This document shows positions 63,790 to 64,000 of a stretch of 64,000 nt of DNA, piece by piece (the stretch's first letter is position 1; every line of letters begins with the position of its first letter). Position numbers and translations under genes: made by a program. Where the stretch lies: NCBI GenBank assembly GCA_963840255.1, contig CAWIYB010000005.1:997843-1061842 (forward strand), read 5' to 3'. The stretch is from an uncultured Chloroflexia bacterium. Lineage in GTDB: Bacteria > Chloroflexota > Anaerolineae > Anaerolineales > UBA4823. The notes beneath the pieces were generated by a model. It saw only the letters and a program-made list of their open reading frames with translations, had not been told where the DNA came from and did no database searches.

Positions 63790-64000
63790 AATCTGTAATC
63801 CATGATAATTCTATGAAATAGTTATAACCAATCAAAAATTGTAACCGTAGTCAGGTCACCATAGACAGCTAAAATACTACTCTTAGAATGCCCCCATATT
63901 TCAAAAAGAAAAAGTGAGGACACCATATTAGTGGGGAGCACTAGACACAAAGTGAGCGCGGGGGTAATTACAATTGAATATCTATCCAAGTGTCGATAGC

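Larger units (their letters stand above)
60945..64000. mobile_element. Candidate edge of an integrated (phage-like) element that continues past the window end
   Basis: The segment is markedly AT-rich relative to the rest of the window. It holds a tRNA 3' fragment at the left border, duplicated non-coding modules, an endonuclease VII-like gene and only short orphan ORFs. No integrase is present in the window. Confidence 0.35.

Overview
This is a 64-kb chromosomal window with about 50% GC over most of its length and the standard genetic code (TGA, TAA and TAG all act as stops). The gene content suggests a Chloroflexota/Anaerolineae-type genome, but that is inference only.

Layout, left to right:
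1. 548-10051: a signalling block. A 2,192-aa STK-like/AAA/GAF/PAS/HisKA_3 sensor has a degenerate kinase active site and is followed by two NarL-type regulators and one stand-alone receiver.
2. 10280-22769: envelope, surface and stress genes. These include a beta-helix-repeat membrane protein, a PAS-DUF4332 protein, DUF1269 paralogs, an SH3 lipoprotein, an Ig-repeat/PD40 protein and a CDF transporter.
3. 22897-44744: a 22-kb block entirely on the minus strand.
   - An LLM oxidoreductase, an SsnA-type aminohydrolase and a fused DPD-like Fe-S flavoprotein.
   - A decayed MFS gene.
   - Four tandem non-pyrrolysine MttB-superfamily genes, translationally coupled to an Opp/Dpp-type ABC importer.
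   - A saccharopine-dehydrogenase-family gene, two Opp-type ATPases and a SARP-AAA-TPR regulator.
4. 45308-51585: a small-stress-protein islet (GlsB/YeaQ x3, CsbD, an lmo0937-like gene), two AI-2E transporters and a tandem USP.
5. 51588-60484: an approximately 8.9-kb cyclic beta-1,2-glucan-synthase-like gene, broken by two single-nucleotide frame breaks.
6. About 60945-64000: a low-GC segment that looks mobile. It has a tRNA 3'-end-like fragment, a pair of approximately 108-nt structured direct repeats and a degenerate endonuclease VII gene.

The best candidate for an undescribed system is the MttB x4 / Opp-type importer / saccharopine-DH / SARP locus, which has no corrinoid partner in the window.

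All family assignments come from motif recognition by eye. No database search was run.
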